A stretch of 62,912 bases of DNA, filler included. It is 3 parts of 3 records of this genome, joined end to end, with 100 filler letters (N's around TTAATTAATTAA, not from the genome) between each part and the next. Parts side by side here need not be neighbours in the genome. Positions count along the whole stretch, not along the records: positions 21,628 to 31,735 come from SRR31156797_12694; positions 31,836 to 62,912 come from SRR31156797_12697; 1 more part is not named here. One strand, written 5' to 3'. The notes under the pieces are model-generated. The model did not search any database. It saw nothing but the letters and a program-made list of their open reading frames with translations, and was not told the DNA's origin. This document shows, piece by piece, positions 29,746 to 40,424 of this stretch. The stretch's first letter is position 1, and each line of letters opens with the position of its first letter. Made by a program: the position numbers and the translations under genes.

Positions 29746-29874
29746 TTATAATTTCCTTGTATTGTTTAAAAAAGTAGAATAACATAACTTTTTCTTAATA
29801 TTTATTAAAAAATATCATTATTTTTTCTTATTATATTAATAAAGTCAATGAAAAGACTTAAAGGATAGGAATAG

Positions 29875-31734
29875 TTATACTATCCCTAATACCTTCTGTT
29901 TCAATGTTTTGAATTTTATTTTGAGTTCACTTGGATCTTTTATTTCAGTTTCTATCTGTTGAATATCATCACATATCTCTTTGAGTCCAAGATTAAGACA
30001 ACTGTTTTTTATAAAGTGAGCTTTTTGTTTGATCTGTTCAAAATCTTCACCTTCTATAAATGTTTCCAGCTCTTTAAGATCATTTGGAACCTCTTTTTTA
30101 AACTTTGTGATCAACATCTTAGCAATATTTTCACTCACACCTAATGTACTTGCTATAGATACAGGATCAAGGTCTATATTTTCTTCTGCATTATCTAAAT
30201 TTGTTTGCTCTTCTTTAGCTTTTTCAACTACCTCTTCAGACTCAGCTTCTTGTTGTACAACTTGCTCTTTTGGGGATGACTTCTCCTCTACAAGTTCATC
30301 TGTTTGTATTAAGAATTTTCCAAAAAGCTCTTTGAGTTTTTCCATCTCAATAGGTTTACTCATATAATCATCCATCCCTAAGCTTAAAAACTTCTCTTTA
30401 TCACCCTTAATAGCATTAGCTGTTAGTGCTACAATTGGTGTATATCTTTTATTATGCTCTTTTTCATATGCACGTATTTGTTTAAACGCTTCAATACCAT
30501 CCATCACTGGCATATTGATATCCATTAAGACTATATCATATTCATTATTTTGATATAAACTTAATGCTTCTTTTCCATTGGAAGCTATATCAAACTCCAC
30601 ACCAACACTTTGTAAAATGAAAGTGATCAATTCTTGATTTGCAAAATTATCTTCAGCAACTAATACTCTTCCATCAAATCTATATACCTTTTTCATATCA
30701 CTTGAAAAGTCGTTTGAGCTATTGATAAGCTCTTGTATAGAGTCATTAAGCTTTGAAGCATAAAATGGAAGTGAGACAATCACTTCATTTGATCTTGGTG
30801 CTATCCCTTTAATATCTTTTTCATACTCCACTAATATAAGTTTTGGTTTTTGTATGCTATTTCTCAAAGTTGTAAACTCTGAATTCTCTTCATTATTATG
30901 ACAAAGAACTACAATATCGCTTTTTTCAAGTTCATTAAAATTGAGCTTTCCAAAAATACTCAAATATCTTTTTGCATAATGGTACAGATCACTGTTATTA
31001 TCTGCAATTGCAAACTCCACATCTCGTGTAAAATGACTTTTTTCAAACATCACCTCTTCACAAGTATCAAACTCTACATCAAACCAAAATCTTGTTCCCT
31101 CATTTTCAACACTTTCCACTTCTATTGTAGAACCAAAGGTTTCTATAATATGTGAACAGATACTAAGCCCTAAACCTGTTCCTTCATATTTTCTATTCAC
31201 CTGAGAATCTACTTGGATAAATGGTTGAAAAATAGTTTGAATCTTACTCTCAGGCACTCCAATTCCAGTATCAACAATCTCAAATCTTACAACTACTTTT
31301 CCATCACCTTCATCTAAAGAGATGATATTAAGATAGACTGAGCCATATGCATCAGTAAATTTAATAGCATTACTTAAAATATTTGAAAGTACTTGTCGTA
31401 TTCTTGTACCATCAGTTTGGATACATAAAGGTAATCTATGATCCATATTAAAGATAAATCGAATATTTTTTTGAGCTGCACGTTTGGTAAATAGTTCTAC
31501 CACATGTTCACTGATAAAATAAAGATCAGTATTGCCTATATTGATCTGGAAATTTCCACTCTCGATCTTAGAAATATCTAAGATATCATTAATTATCATA
31601 AGAAGTGCATTGGCACTTGACTCGATGATAGTAGCTTGTTTTTTATTCTCTATACTCATATCTTTTGAGTTACTAAGAACTTGTGAAAACCCTATAATAG
31701 CATTAAGTGGTGTTCGTATCTCATGGGACATATT
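29875..31734 (-). CDS. Hybrid sensor histidine kinase (HisKA, HATPase, REC, Hpt), 5' truncated
   Basis: NMSHEIRTPLN, NAIKFT, DTGIG, GTGLGLSI, VAEDN, MDINMPVMDG, KP, AHFIKNSC (Hpt); frame runs into the linker. Confidence 0.93.
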   Translation of the reverse strand, partial: NMSHEIRTPLNAIIGFSQVLSNSKDMSIENKKQATIIESSANALLMIINDILDISKIESGNFQINIGNTDLYFISEHVVELFTKRAAQKNIRFIFNMDHRLPLCIQTDGTRIRQVLSNILSNAIKFTDAYGSVYLNIISLDEGDGKVVVRFEIVDTGIGVPESKIQTIFQPFIQVDSQVNRKYEGTGLGLSICSHIIETFGSTIEVESVENEGTRFWFDVEFDTCEEVMFEKSHFTRDVEFAIADNNSDLYHYAKRYLSIFGKLNFNELEKSDIVVLCHNNEENSEFTTLRNSIQKPKLILVEYEKDIKGIAPRSNEVIVSLPFYASKLNDSIQELINSSNDFSSDMKKVYRFDGRVLVAEDNFANQELITFILQSVGVEFDIASNGKEALSLYQNNEYDIVLMDINMPVMDGIEAFKQIRAYEKEHNKRYTPIVALTANAIKGDKEKFLSLGMDDYMSKPIEMEKLKELFGKFLIQTDELVEEKSSPKEQVVQQEAESEEVVEKAKEEQTNLDNAEENIDLDPVSIASTLGVSENIAKMLITKFKKEVPNDLKELETFIEGEDFEQIKQKAHFIKNSCLNLGLKEICDDIQQIETEIKDPSELKIKFKTLKQKVLGIV

Positions 31735-31735
31735 T

Positions 31736-31835
31736 NNNNNNNNNNNNNNNNNNNNNNNNNNNNNNNNNNNNNNNNNNNNTTAATTAATTAANNNNNNNNN
31801 NNNNNNNNNNNNNNNNNNNNNNNNNNNNNNNNNNN
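31736..31835. other. Artificial contig-joining linker; organism changes across it
   Basis: 44 N + TTAATTAATTAA + 44 N; abrupt change in GC content and codon usage. Confidence 0.98.
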
Positions 31836-32009
31836 CCGTTATTAAGCTTGCTCTGAACTCGTCGATGCAGATCTGAATCCTGTATTTTGAGGTCACTTGA
31901 GCATAAATAAGATGCTTTTTTTGGTGTAATCTGCGATACTGTGCGGCCGCGATTTTTATGTCGCATATTTATATTTCGACGTCTGAGAAGACGACACATA
32001 GGTAGATAA

Positions 32010-33023
32010 ATGAGCGAAAAGTTACAAAAGGTTTTAGCACGCGCCGGTCATGGTTCTCGTCGTGAGTTAGAAGCTCTGATCAGAGCTGGACGTGTAAGTG
32101 TTAATGGCAAGGTAGCTACGTTGGGTGAGCGCTTAGAAGATGAAAGCGCAGTTGTGCGTATTGACGGTCACACTGTGTCTGCAAAAGCACAAGAAGAAGT
32201 AGTATGTCGTGTACTCGCATATTACAAACCAGAAGGTGAATTATGTACGCGTCACGACCCTGATGGTCGTCGTACGGTATTTGATCGCCTGCCAAAGATT
32301 CGCGGTTCACGTTGGATCTCTGTCGGTCGTTTGGATGCGAACACTTCTGGTCTGCTACTGTTCACAACAGATGGTGAGTTAGCGAACCGTCTTATGCACC
32401 CGAGTCGTCAGGTAGAGCGTGAATATTTAGTACGTGTTTTCGGTGAAGTAACTGAAGATAAAATCCGTACTCTGGTTCGCGGTGTTGAACTGGAAGATGG
32501 TTTGGCACGTTTCGAAGACATAGTATATGCGGGTGGCGAAGGTATGAACCACACGTTTTACGTTGTCATCAACGAAGGTCGTAACCGCGAAGTTCGTCGT
32601 TTGTGGGAATCACAAGAGACAACAGTAAGTCGCCTTAAACGTGTTCGTTATGGTGATATTTTCCTTGATAAAAAATTGCCTCGTGGCGGTTGGATGGAAC
32701 TTGACCTTAAGCAAGTAAACTACTTGCGTGAGTTGGTCGAACTTCGTCCTGAAAGCGAAACCATGCTGGATGTTGATAAAGACAACACATCACGTAAGCG
32801 AGAGCGTTCACGTAGCCAAAAAATTCGTCGTGCCGTTCGTCGTCATGAAGAGCGTGTAACAGCGCCAACGGGTGGTCGTCGTGGTGCTCGTACCGCTCAC
32901 GCTCAAAACAACAAAACCTCTTCAGGTGAACACGGTTCACGTGGCAAAGTAGGTAATGGTTCTGGTCGTGGTAAAACGGGTGGTAAGCCAGCAGCGAAAA
33001 ACACACCTCGTACCCGCAAATAA
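32010..33023 (+). CDS. rluB: 23S rRNA pseudouridine 2605 synthase RluB
   Basis: [20 protein letters not shown]4 domain, [28 protein letters not shown]. Confidence 0.96.
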   Translation: MSEKLQKVLARAGHGSRRELEALIRAGRVSVNGKVATLGERLEDESAVVRIDGHTVSAKAQEEVVCRVLAYYKPEGELCTRHDPDGRRTVFDRLPKIRGSRWISVGRLDANTSGLLLFTTDGELANRLMHPSRQVEREYLVRVFGEVTEDKIRTLVRGVELEDGLARFEDIVYAGGEGMNHTFYVVINEGRNREVRRLWESQETTVSRLKRVRYGDIFLDKKLPRGGWMELDLKQVNYLRELVELRPESETMLDVDKDNTSRKRERSRSQKIRRAVRRHEERVTAPTGGRRGARTAHAQNNKTSSGEHGSRGKVGNGSGRGKTGGKPAAKNTPRTRK

Positions 33024-33047
33024 GTCGTAGTACTTTTCCCTAATTTG

Positions 33048-33077
33048 AAAAATCCCGAGCTCTGCTTGGGATTTTTT
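33048..33077 (+). terminator. Rho-independent terminator of rluB
   Basis: AAAAATCCCGAGC-tct-GCTTGGGATTTTTT. Confidence 0.8.
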
Positions 33078-33121
33078 GTTTCTGCCGAGCTAAAAAGTAC
33101 TTTTACTTTCAAGTTATCGAT

Positions 33122-33907
33122 ATGAAATCCAAATTCCTTTTAGTTTTCATCTTCATGAGCCTTTATGGCTGTCAATCTAACTCTTCTTCAAATTCATCTG
33201 ATTTTGGTGAGTTCAGACGTTCATTGAACAACACGCCTTGGGGCTATCAGTGGGTTTCTGACCCTATAGCTTCTGATAAGGCTGAACTGGTTGAGCGGTT
33301 TGAAGTGCGCGCTGGTGATTGTGGCTTTCAGCCGAGTTGGAATGATTGCGAAAACGATAGAGAGCGAAGTGAATTATCGCAGAGGACTCAACGTCAGCAA
33401 GAGGGCGAAAGTTATTGGTATGCATGGGAGATTTACTTTCCGCAAGACTACCCAAGCGTTTACCCAACCAAAACAGCACTTGGTCAGTTTCATCAAGTTA
33501 AAGGCAAGCCTGTGTTTATGTTTCAGAATCAAACCCATTCGGTAAAAGGACAAAACAAAGCCGAAAGTGGCGGGTACCATTTGGATTGGCATGCTAAAGG
33601 TAAAACAAAAGGTTTTTGGCCATTGATAAAGGAACAGGATTTAAGAGGCCAGTGGCATCGAATTGAAGTCCAAGCTAAGTGGACCAAACAGCCTGACGGT
33701 TACTTTAAAGTTTGGGTAGACGGAAAGCAGAAGGTGGCATTCAAAGGTCAGACGATGGAAAAAGAGCAGGTGTATTTTAAATATGGTGTCTACCGTTCTT
33801 ATCTCTCTCGCTATCAAGAGGCTCATGGCGAGGAGAATTTGCCGACTCAGGTGGTTTACTATCGAAATGTGATGAGAGGCAATAGTCGAGACGACGTTCA
33901 AAAGTAG
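33122..33907 (+). CDS. Lipoprotein with polysaccharide-lyase-like (beta-jelly-roll) domain
   Basis: Lipobox LYGC; RERSEL, YWYAWEIYFP, LGQFH, GQWH, FKVWVDGK, YFKYGVYR motifs. Confidence 0.75.
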   Translation: MKSKFLLVFIFMSLYGCQSNSSSNSSDFGEFRRSLNNTPWGYQWVSDPIASDKAELVERFEVRAGDCGFQPSWNDCENDRERSELSQRTQRQQEGESYWYAWEIYFPQDYPSVYPTKTALGQFHQVKGKPVFMFQNQTHSVKGQNKAESGGYHLDWHAKGKTKGFWPLIKEQDLRGQWHRIEVQAKWTKQPDGYFKVWVDGKQKVAFKGQTMEKEQVYFKYGVYRSYLSRYQEAHGEENLPTQVVYYRNVMRGNSRDDVQK

Positions 33908-33983
33908 TAAGTCGGTGTTGATAAGTAAACCCTACGTGCCATGGAGGTCTTTATGCGAGTTTACGTTCAATACCGACTTACTA
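33905..33983. repeat. ~80-bp palindromic intergenic element (REP/REPIN-like) between convergent genes
   Basis: TAGTAAGTCGGTGTTGA ... TCAATACCGACTTACTA (16/17 complementary) plus inner GTAAAC/GTTTAC pairing. Confidence 0.6.
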
Positions 33984-33988
33984 TTCCG

Positions 33989-35710
33989 TTATAAGGTTTG
34001 ATTCAGCTGATAGTAGCGACCTTGTTTGGCAAGCAGATCATCATGACTGCCGTGTTCCACAACTTCACCTTGCTCAATCAAACAGATGGCATCCATCGCA
34101 TCTAGATCAACCAAACGGTGGGTAATGAATAGCACGGTTTTGCCAGAGAAGTGGGACTTAAACAGCGACATGATCTGCTGTTCTGTCTGCTTATCTAAAC
34201 CTTCTGTGGGTTCATCAAGAAGAAGAATCGGTGCGTTGTGCAGCAGCGCTCTTGAAATGCCAATACGGCGTTTCTCACCACCGGACAACTGACGGCCACC
34301 ATCACCCAGCCACATATCCAGCCCTGGAGCCTCAAGCAGTTTCTCCAAACCGACACGTTCTATGATTTCGCATAGCTCTTCATCCGTTGCTTCTGGCTTC
34401 GCCATAAGCAGGTTGTCGCGTAAAGAACCATTGAGAATATCCACACGTTGGCTTACAACACTGATTGATGAGCGCAAATCACTTTCGCTCCACTCTTTTA
34501 GTGGCGTGCCAGCAATACGAATTTCACCTTGATTGGTATCCCAGTAGCGGCAAAGAAGTTGAATTAAGGTCGATTTCCCCGAGCCTGTCTGACCAACAAT
34601 CGCTAGCTTTTCACCAGCAGGAACCGTAATGCTCACATTATCCAGAGCACGTTGTTCACCATCGGCATATTGGAAACCTACATTATCAAATTCAACCGAG
34701 AAATTACCGTTATGAGTGGTTTTCTTGGTTGGGAACTGAACTTCAGGCTCGCTGAGAATGACTTCATTTAAACGACGCGCTGACGTTAGGGTTTGCCCTA
34801 GGTGCTGGAATGCGCCGGCAATTGGCATTAATAGTTCAAAGCTTGCCATGGTTGCAAACACCATCAGGGCTACCATTGGGTCTGGCGCTTGACCATTAAC
34901 ACCATCTGCCGCTAACCAAAGCATTAATACCAGCGTCCAACCGTTCGCAAGCAGAAGAAGTGCCTGAGCTAAGCCAGAGAAGCTGGCATTCACTTTTTGG
35001 TTGGTTAACAGTTTTTCCTGAGCAGTATAGATAGCTTCACGATAGCGAGATTCCGCACCAAAGATAGTGAGTTCGCTATAACCTTGCAGCCAGTCCATAG
35101 TGGCAATACGCATGTCAGCTTTGTTTTGTGTCAGCTCTGATCCGTTGCGTTTACCCAGCTTGTAAAACAGTACCGGCCAAACAAGTAACAGAACTAACAG
35201 AACGGAACCGAGAGTCAGGCCAAGTGTTGGATCAAACCAGCAGAGTAGAGCAGTGATCCCAGCAATACCCAAAATACCAACCGTCACTGGGCTTATGAGA
35301 CGCAGGTATACATGATCCATCGCATCAATATCCGCGACCAGGCGGTTGAGGATATCTGCATCACGGAGATTGGAAACACGCCCCGGAATCATTGGTGCGA
35401 GTTTTTTGAAGAAGAAAATTCGCAGGTCGGTTAGCAGCTTGAAGGTTGCATTATGACTGACTACACGTTCACCCCAGCGACCAGCCGTTCGCCCCATCGC
35501 GAAACCACGAACGAATGCTCCAGGTAGCATATAGTTAAAGGTTTCACGTGCAATGGTGAGTCCCGCAACCGCAGCAGCAGACAGAAACCAGCCTGAAAGT
35601 GTTAATAGACCGATAGAAGCGAATAGGGTAAGGAACGCAAGTAGCATACCCAGAGATAAGCCAAACCAGTGCTTCTTATACAGTTTTAAGTAAGGTACTA
35701 AATCACGCAT
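33989..35710 (-). CDS. cydC: ABC exporter CydC (heme/thiol transporter)
   Basis: LLTLSGWFL, ERVVSHNATF, Walker A GQTGSGKS, LSGGE, LLDEPTEGLD. Confidence 0.95.
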   Translation of the reverse strand: MRDLVPYLKLYKKHWFGLSLGMLLAFLTLFASIGLLTLSGWFLSAAAVAGLTIARETFNYMLPGAFVRGFAMGRTAGRWGERVVSHNATFKLLTDLRIFFFKKLAPMIPGRVSNLRDADILNRLVADIDAMDHVYLRLISPVTVGILGIAGITALLCWFDPTLGLTLGSVLLVLLLVWPVLFYKLGKRNGSELTQNKADMRIATMDWLQGYSELTIFGAESRYREAIYTAQEKLLTNQKVNASFSGLAQALLLLANGWTLVLMLWLAADGVNGQAPDPMVALMVFATMASFELLMPIAGAFQHLGQTLTSARRLNEVILSEPEVQFPTKKTTHNGNFSVEFDNVGFQYADGEQRALDNVSITVPAGEKLAIVGQTGSGKSTLIQLLCRYWDTNQGEIRIAGTPLKEWSESDLRSSISVVSQRVDILNGSLRDNLLMAKPEATDEELCEIIERVGLEKLLEAPGLDMWLGDGGRQLSGGEKRRIGISRALLHNAPILLLDEPTEGLDKQTEQQIMSLFKSHFSGKTVLFITHRLVDLDAMDAICLIEQGEVVEHGSHDDLLAKQGRYYQLNQTL

Positions 35711-37490
35711 CTAAATTCCCCTTATCCGCTTCTTTAACTGCTTGATTGGAAGCTAACATAGAGGCAAAAAGCCCTTCCTCCTGACTCAAGGTGGCGTAGT
35801 CACCGGCTTGTTCAATCAAACCATCACGCATAACCAGAATTTGGTTGACGGATTTAAGAGGTAACAGCTGGTGTGTAACCAGTAGTGCCGTCTTGTTGGT
35901 GATTTGCTCGTTAAGACCTTGCATAACAAGTTGTTCACTGCGAGCGTCCAAACTTGCGGTTGGCTCGTCGAGTAACCAGAAGTTGCCGCTTTGCAACATC
36001 GCTCTGGCTAAAGCCAGACGCTGAGCTTGACCAACAGAAAGACCGCCTGAGCGGTCACTGACCATGTAATCTAAACCGTGTTGGTCGACAAACTCAGAAG
36101 AGTAGGAGCGATCAAGCACTTGCTTAACGTTTTCATCAGAGATGTTTGACTTACCAAGTGTGACATTGTCACGAATAGTGCCGTGAACCAATAGCGGGTT
36201 TTGACCAACCCAGCTAATCGCCTTACGCCAGTCAGTGTGATTTAGCTGGCTAAGCTCTGTGCCATTAATCGTCAGACTTCCCTGATAAGGCATGAAGCCT
36301 AGAATTGCGTTGATAAGGCTAGTTTTACCTGCACCACTAGGACCGACTAAAGCCGTCGTCTCTTTGTTGTTCAGAGTGAAAGAGATTGGGCCAACCAGTC
36401 GCTTACCTTCAGGGCTGAGTACCTCTAAGTCCTTAGCGACGATTTCAATGTCGTCGTGAGAAGACATTGCAGTAGAACCAGACGCGACTTTACTCACATC
36501 TGTGTTGAGGAATTCAACAATGCTCTCAGCCGCACCAACGGCTTGCTGTTTCGCATGGTAATAAGTGCCAAGTTCACGCAGTGGTTGGTAGAACTCAGGC
36601 GCAAGAATCAGAATGAACAGGCCAGCAAACAGCGTTACACCGGTGCCGTAGTAGCCAAACTCTAGCTCGCCAATAAAACTGAAACCGAAGTAAACCGCAG
36701 TGATGGCAATTGAGATTGATGTGAAGAACTCGAGGACCGCAGAAGACAAGAATGCGATACGCAAAACGTCCATAGTGCGTTTACGGAAAACCTCTGAAGC
36801 ACCGTGCATCTGTTCTGTTTCAGCTGCTGTACGGTCAAACAGGCGAATCGTCGTCATGGATTGTAAACGGTCATAGAAGTGACCTGACAGACGTTGCAGA
36901 GCTTTGAAGTTTTTTCGGCCTGCATCTGCTGCCTTGATACCCACTAACGCCATGAACAGCGGAACAAGTGGGGCTGTGATCAGGAATATTAAACCTGCAG
37001 CCCAGTTAACTGGGAATACGACGATAAGAATGACAAATGGGATTAATACTGACAGTGACATCTGCGGTAGATAACGTGCAAAGAAATCGTGCATGTTTTC
37101 TACTTGCTCAAGCGTCAGAGTTGCCCACGCGCCAGCAGGTTTGCCTTTGATGTATGCCGGGCCCAATTCACGCAGCTTGTCGAAGATAAGCTGACGAATA
37201 TAAACTCGAATCTCTTTACCCGCGTTAAAACCGGCTAATTCACGTCCCCATGAACAGGCGGCACGGGCAGCGACAGTAACGACTAATCCCAGAAAGTAGG
37301 GAACCAACTCATACTTATCAACCTGTTCAATAATCAGCTGATGCAATATGGTGGCGAGAAGAGCTGCTTGTCCAAGCAGGAAGATACTTGAAAGAACTCC
37401 AAGCCCAACAGCAATCATCAACCAACGCTTGGCCAATTTACTCTGCTGCTTGAGCCATACGTTCAAGCTACGTTGTTTTTTCTTATCCAT
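35703..37490 (-). CDS. cydD: ABC exporter CydD
   Basis: FFARYLPQ, TMDVLRIAFLSSAVLEFF, LAPEFYQPLR, GPSGAGKT, LSVGQAQR. Confidence 0.95.
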   Translation of the reverse strand: MDKKKQRSLNVWLKQQSKLAKRWLMIAVGLGVLSSIFLLGQAALLATILHQLIIEQVDKYELVPYFLGLVVTVAARAACSWGRELAGFNAGKEIRVYIRQLIFDKLRELGPAYIKGKPAGAWATLTLEQVENMHDFFARYLPQMSLSVLIPFVILIVVFPVNWAAGLIFLITAPLVPLFMALVGIKAADAGRKNFKALQRLSGHFYDRLQSMTTIRLFDRTAAETEQMHGASEVFRKRTMDVLRIAFLSSAVLEFFTSISIAITAVYFGFSFIGELEFGYYGTGVTLFAGLFILILAPEFYQPLRELGTYYHAKQQAVGAAESIVEFLNTDVSKVASGSTAMSSHDDIEIVAKDLEVLSPEGKRLVGPISFTLNNKETTALVGPSGAGKTSLINAILGFMPYQGSLTINGTELSQLNHTDWRKAISWVGQNPLLVHGTIRDNVTLGKSNISDENVKQVLDRSYSSEFVDQHGLDYMVSDRSGGLSVGQAQRLALARAMLQSGNFWLLDEPTASLDARSEQLVMQGLNEQITNKTALLVTHQLLPLKSVNQILVMRDGLIEQAGDYATLSQEEGLFASMLASNQAVKEADKGNLDA

Positions 37491-37503
37491 TATATACAGG
37501 CTT

Positions 37504-37522
37504 AATGATAATTATTATGTTA
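37504..37522. promoter_or_regulatory. Fur-box-like sequence upstream of cydD
   Basis: AATGATAATTATTATGTTA, 15/18 match to AATGATAATnATTATCATT. Confidence 0.35.
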
Positions 37523-37667
37523 TCCCTTGTGGCTTGATGCTGTGGCGTTTCATGCTTCTATTGGGTGCTTTTTCAGCACAACGAATTATGCTCTAGAGAG
37601 CTTATTTGTAGGAAGCAGACCTACAACGACAAGTACTTAGGGTATTTGTTGAGTCGGAATAGTATAC

Positions 37668-37700
37668 AAAAATAAACCCAGCGGAGATACCACTGGGTTT
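37668..37700 (-). terminator. Rho-independent terminator of trxB
   Basis: Minus strand AAACCCAGTGG-tatct-CCGCTGGGTTT-ATTTTT. Confidence 0.7.
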
Positions 37701-37741
37701 GAGAGTTATTCGCTAATATTTCACTTTAGGTGTTCAAAGTG

Positions 37742-38716
<975 letters not shown>

Positions 38717-38970
38717 TCAATGATCGAAAAGTTAAGTAAGATTGTAGGGAATAGTGGCGGCGAATTAAAGGTAAAACAAGGCACAACAGTGTAATAAATA
38801 GTTATAGATTAGAATTATGTTGCGCTTTGAATTCCTTGTTTTTAAAAGGGAATTAATTATTGATGAAATTGTGTTCAGCCTGTTGGTTCTAAGTGGAGAT
38901 AATATTAGAACCTAACAACACAACAGCGTATGTTATGTGTCTGATGTCGCAGTAAAATGGAAGCAATATA

Positions 38971-39303
38971 ATGATTAACTGGCCAGCGTTACTGAAACTG
39001 GAAGGGGATGATGAACTTTATTATTTCGATTCTGAACAAGTATGTGTAAATGAAATAAACCAGCTCATTTTGAGCAATGAGGATCACTTAATTGATAGTC
39101 AGGGCCAAGTGTTCGCGGTGAAATCTGATAGTGAAAATCAGCTAGGGTTTGTTGCGACAGGAAAAACTTACATCCTTGATGATATTACCCAATTAATTCA
39201 GAACCATGAGTTCAACGCAGCGCAGGTTTGCATCACAAAAATCGTGTTTACGAGTATTGAGCAAGCTATTGCTGCGCTCAGTTACTTGGCTGAAGAGGCT
39301 TAA
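38971..39303 (+). CDS. DUF4144-like hypothetical protein
   Basis: INWPALLKLEGDDEL, LIDSQG, VCITKI pattern. Confidence 0.7.
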   Translation: MINWPALLKLEGDDELYYFDSEQVCVNEINQLILSNEDHLIDSQGQVFAVKSDSENQLGFVATGKTYILDDITQLIQNHEFNAAQVCITKIVFTSIEQAIAALSYLAEEA

Positions 39304-39336
39304 AATTTATAAGTTAGCCCTGCTGATGAGCTTTCG

Positions 39337-39456
39337 CTATGGATAGCACAGCATAGTGCGTAAACTGTGGTTCCATTTTTGCCCCTGGTTTTGAATGGGT
39401 AGAGTTTTTGTTCTAGTCATAAAAACTACTTTTTCTGTTGGTTGGTAATATTTCAT
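39337..39456 (-). CDS. Candidate 39-aa small protein
   Basis: AAAGGAG 4 nt before ATG; MKYYQPTEKVVFMTRTKTLPIQNQGQKWNHSLRTMLCYP. Confidence 0.3.
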   Translation of the reverse strand: MKYYQPTEKVVFMTRTKTLPIQNQGQKWNHSLRTMLCYP

Positions 39457-39764
39457 CCGGCTCCTTTCTCTCTGTTTTTTTAACGCTGCTTTTCCCAATA
39501 ACGTATTGTGTGATGCGTTACCTATCTGATTTTAAATGATTAATGGTTAATTAAAGTCATTATGTTCAAAACTTGTACTCAGTTAGAATTGTTGTTGGTG
39601 TTATGTGTTGTTAAATTAATATTATTTGGTTGTTTGCTTTGATTTATCGACTTATTTGGATAATTTGGTTGTGAAAATTTGAATTAGCAAAATTACTGCG
39701 TATTATAAATGTAAAATAATTGTTAAATATAATAACAACAAACAGTGTATTCATTAAGGAGTCG

Positions 39765-40424
39765 ATGATGTTGCACTCACATTTAAATACCCTACATATC
39801 ACTCAATTGAGTCATCAAGCTTTGATTCAATTAGCCCCTTCGTTTGTTAACCTGCCGCAGACTGACCATGCTGATGGACAATATCGTCTGCGACGCTATT
39901 CAGTGATTAAGTTTGCTGGTGGTAAAGTTGAAGCGCTTAATAAGCATGACTTTATGCAGAGCGATGAAATCAATCACTTCCAAGGTAATATTGTTCGTCA
40001 TTTCGAGCCAATTCTATCCTCAACACTAAACAGTGAAGGGATGAGAGAGATGTGCGAACTATTCGTGACCACCAATGAGTTGCCTGACGGGCAGGAGATT
40101 GAAATTCATCAGATGCGTATTGCTGCGATTTATGAAGAAACTCAAGTCGCGCCGGAAGGGGTCCATCAAGATGGATTTGACCATATTGCGATTATCGGAA
40201 TCGATAGGCATAACATCGTTGGCGGTGAAATCATGCTGTATCAAGATAGTCACGATGCGCCATTTTTCCGTAAAGTTCTCGATAACGGAGAAATCGCGAT
40301 GCTGGCTGACCGGAAGCTTTGGCATAACGCTTGTCCTATCCGTTCCATTGAACACGGCGAAGAAGGACATATGGATGTTTTCGTATTAACAGCCAAAGGA
40401 ACTAAGCATGCCCTTCAATCTTGA
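39765..40424 (+). CDS. 2-oxoglutarate/Fe(II) dioxygenase (PF10014 / BsmA-like)
   Basis: YRLRRYS, IEIHQMRI, PEGVHQDG (HxD), LWHN, DVFVLT; start moved to the ATG after AAGGAG. Confidence 0.85.
   Translation: MMLHSHLNTLHITQLSHQALIQLAPSFVNLPQTDHADGQYRLRRYSVIKFAGGKVEALNKHDFMQSDEINHFQGNIVRHFEPILSSTLNSEGMREMCELFVTTNELPDGQEIEIHQMRIAAIYEETQVAPEGVHQDGFDHIAIIGIDRHNIVGGEIMLYQDSHDAPFFRKVLDNGEIAMLADRKLWHNACPIRSIEHGEEGHMDVFVLTAKGTKHALQS

Noticed and set aside
31532-31999. ORFs 31532..31783 and 31784..31999
   Set aside because: They run through the N linker; artefacts
39322-39345. CTGATGAG as a hammerhead ribozyme or fluoride riboswitch core
   Set aside because: No GAAA strand or closing stems at the right spacing
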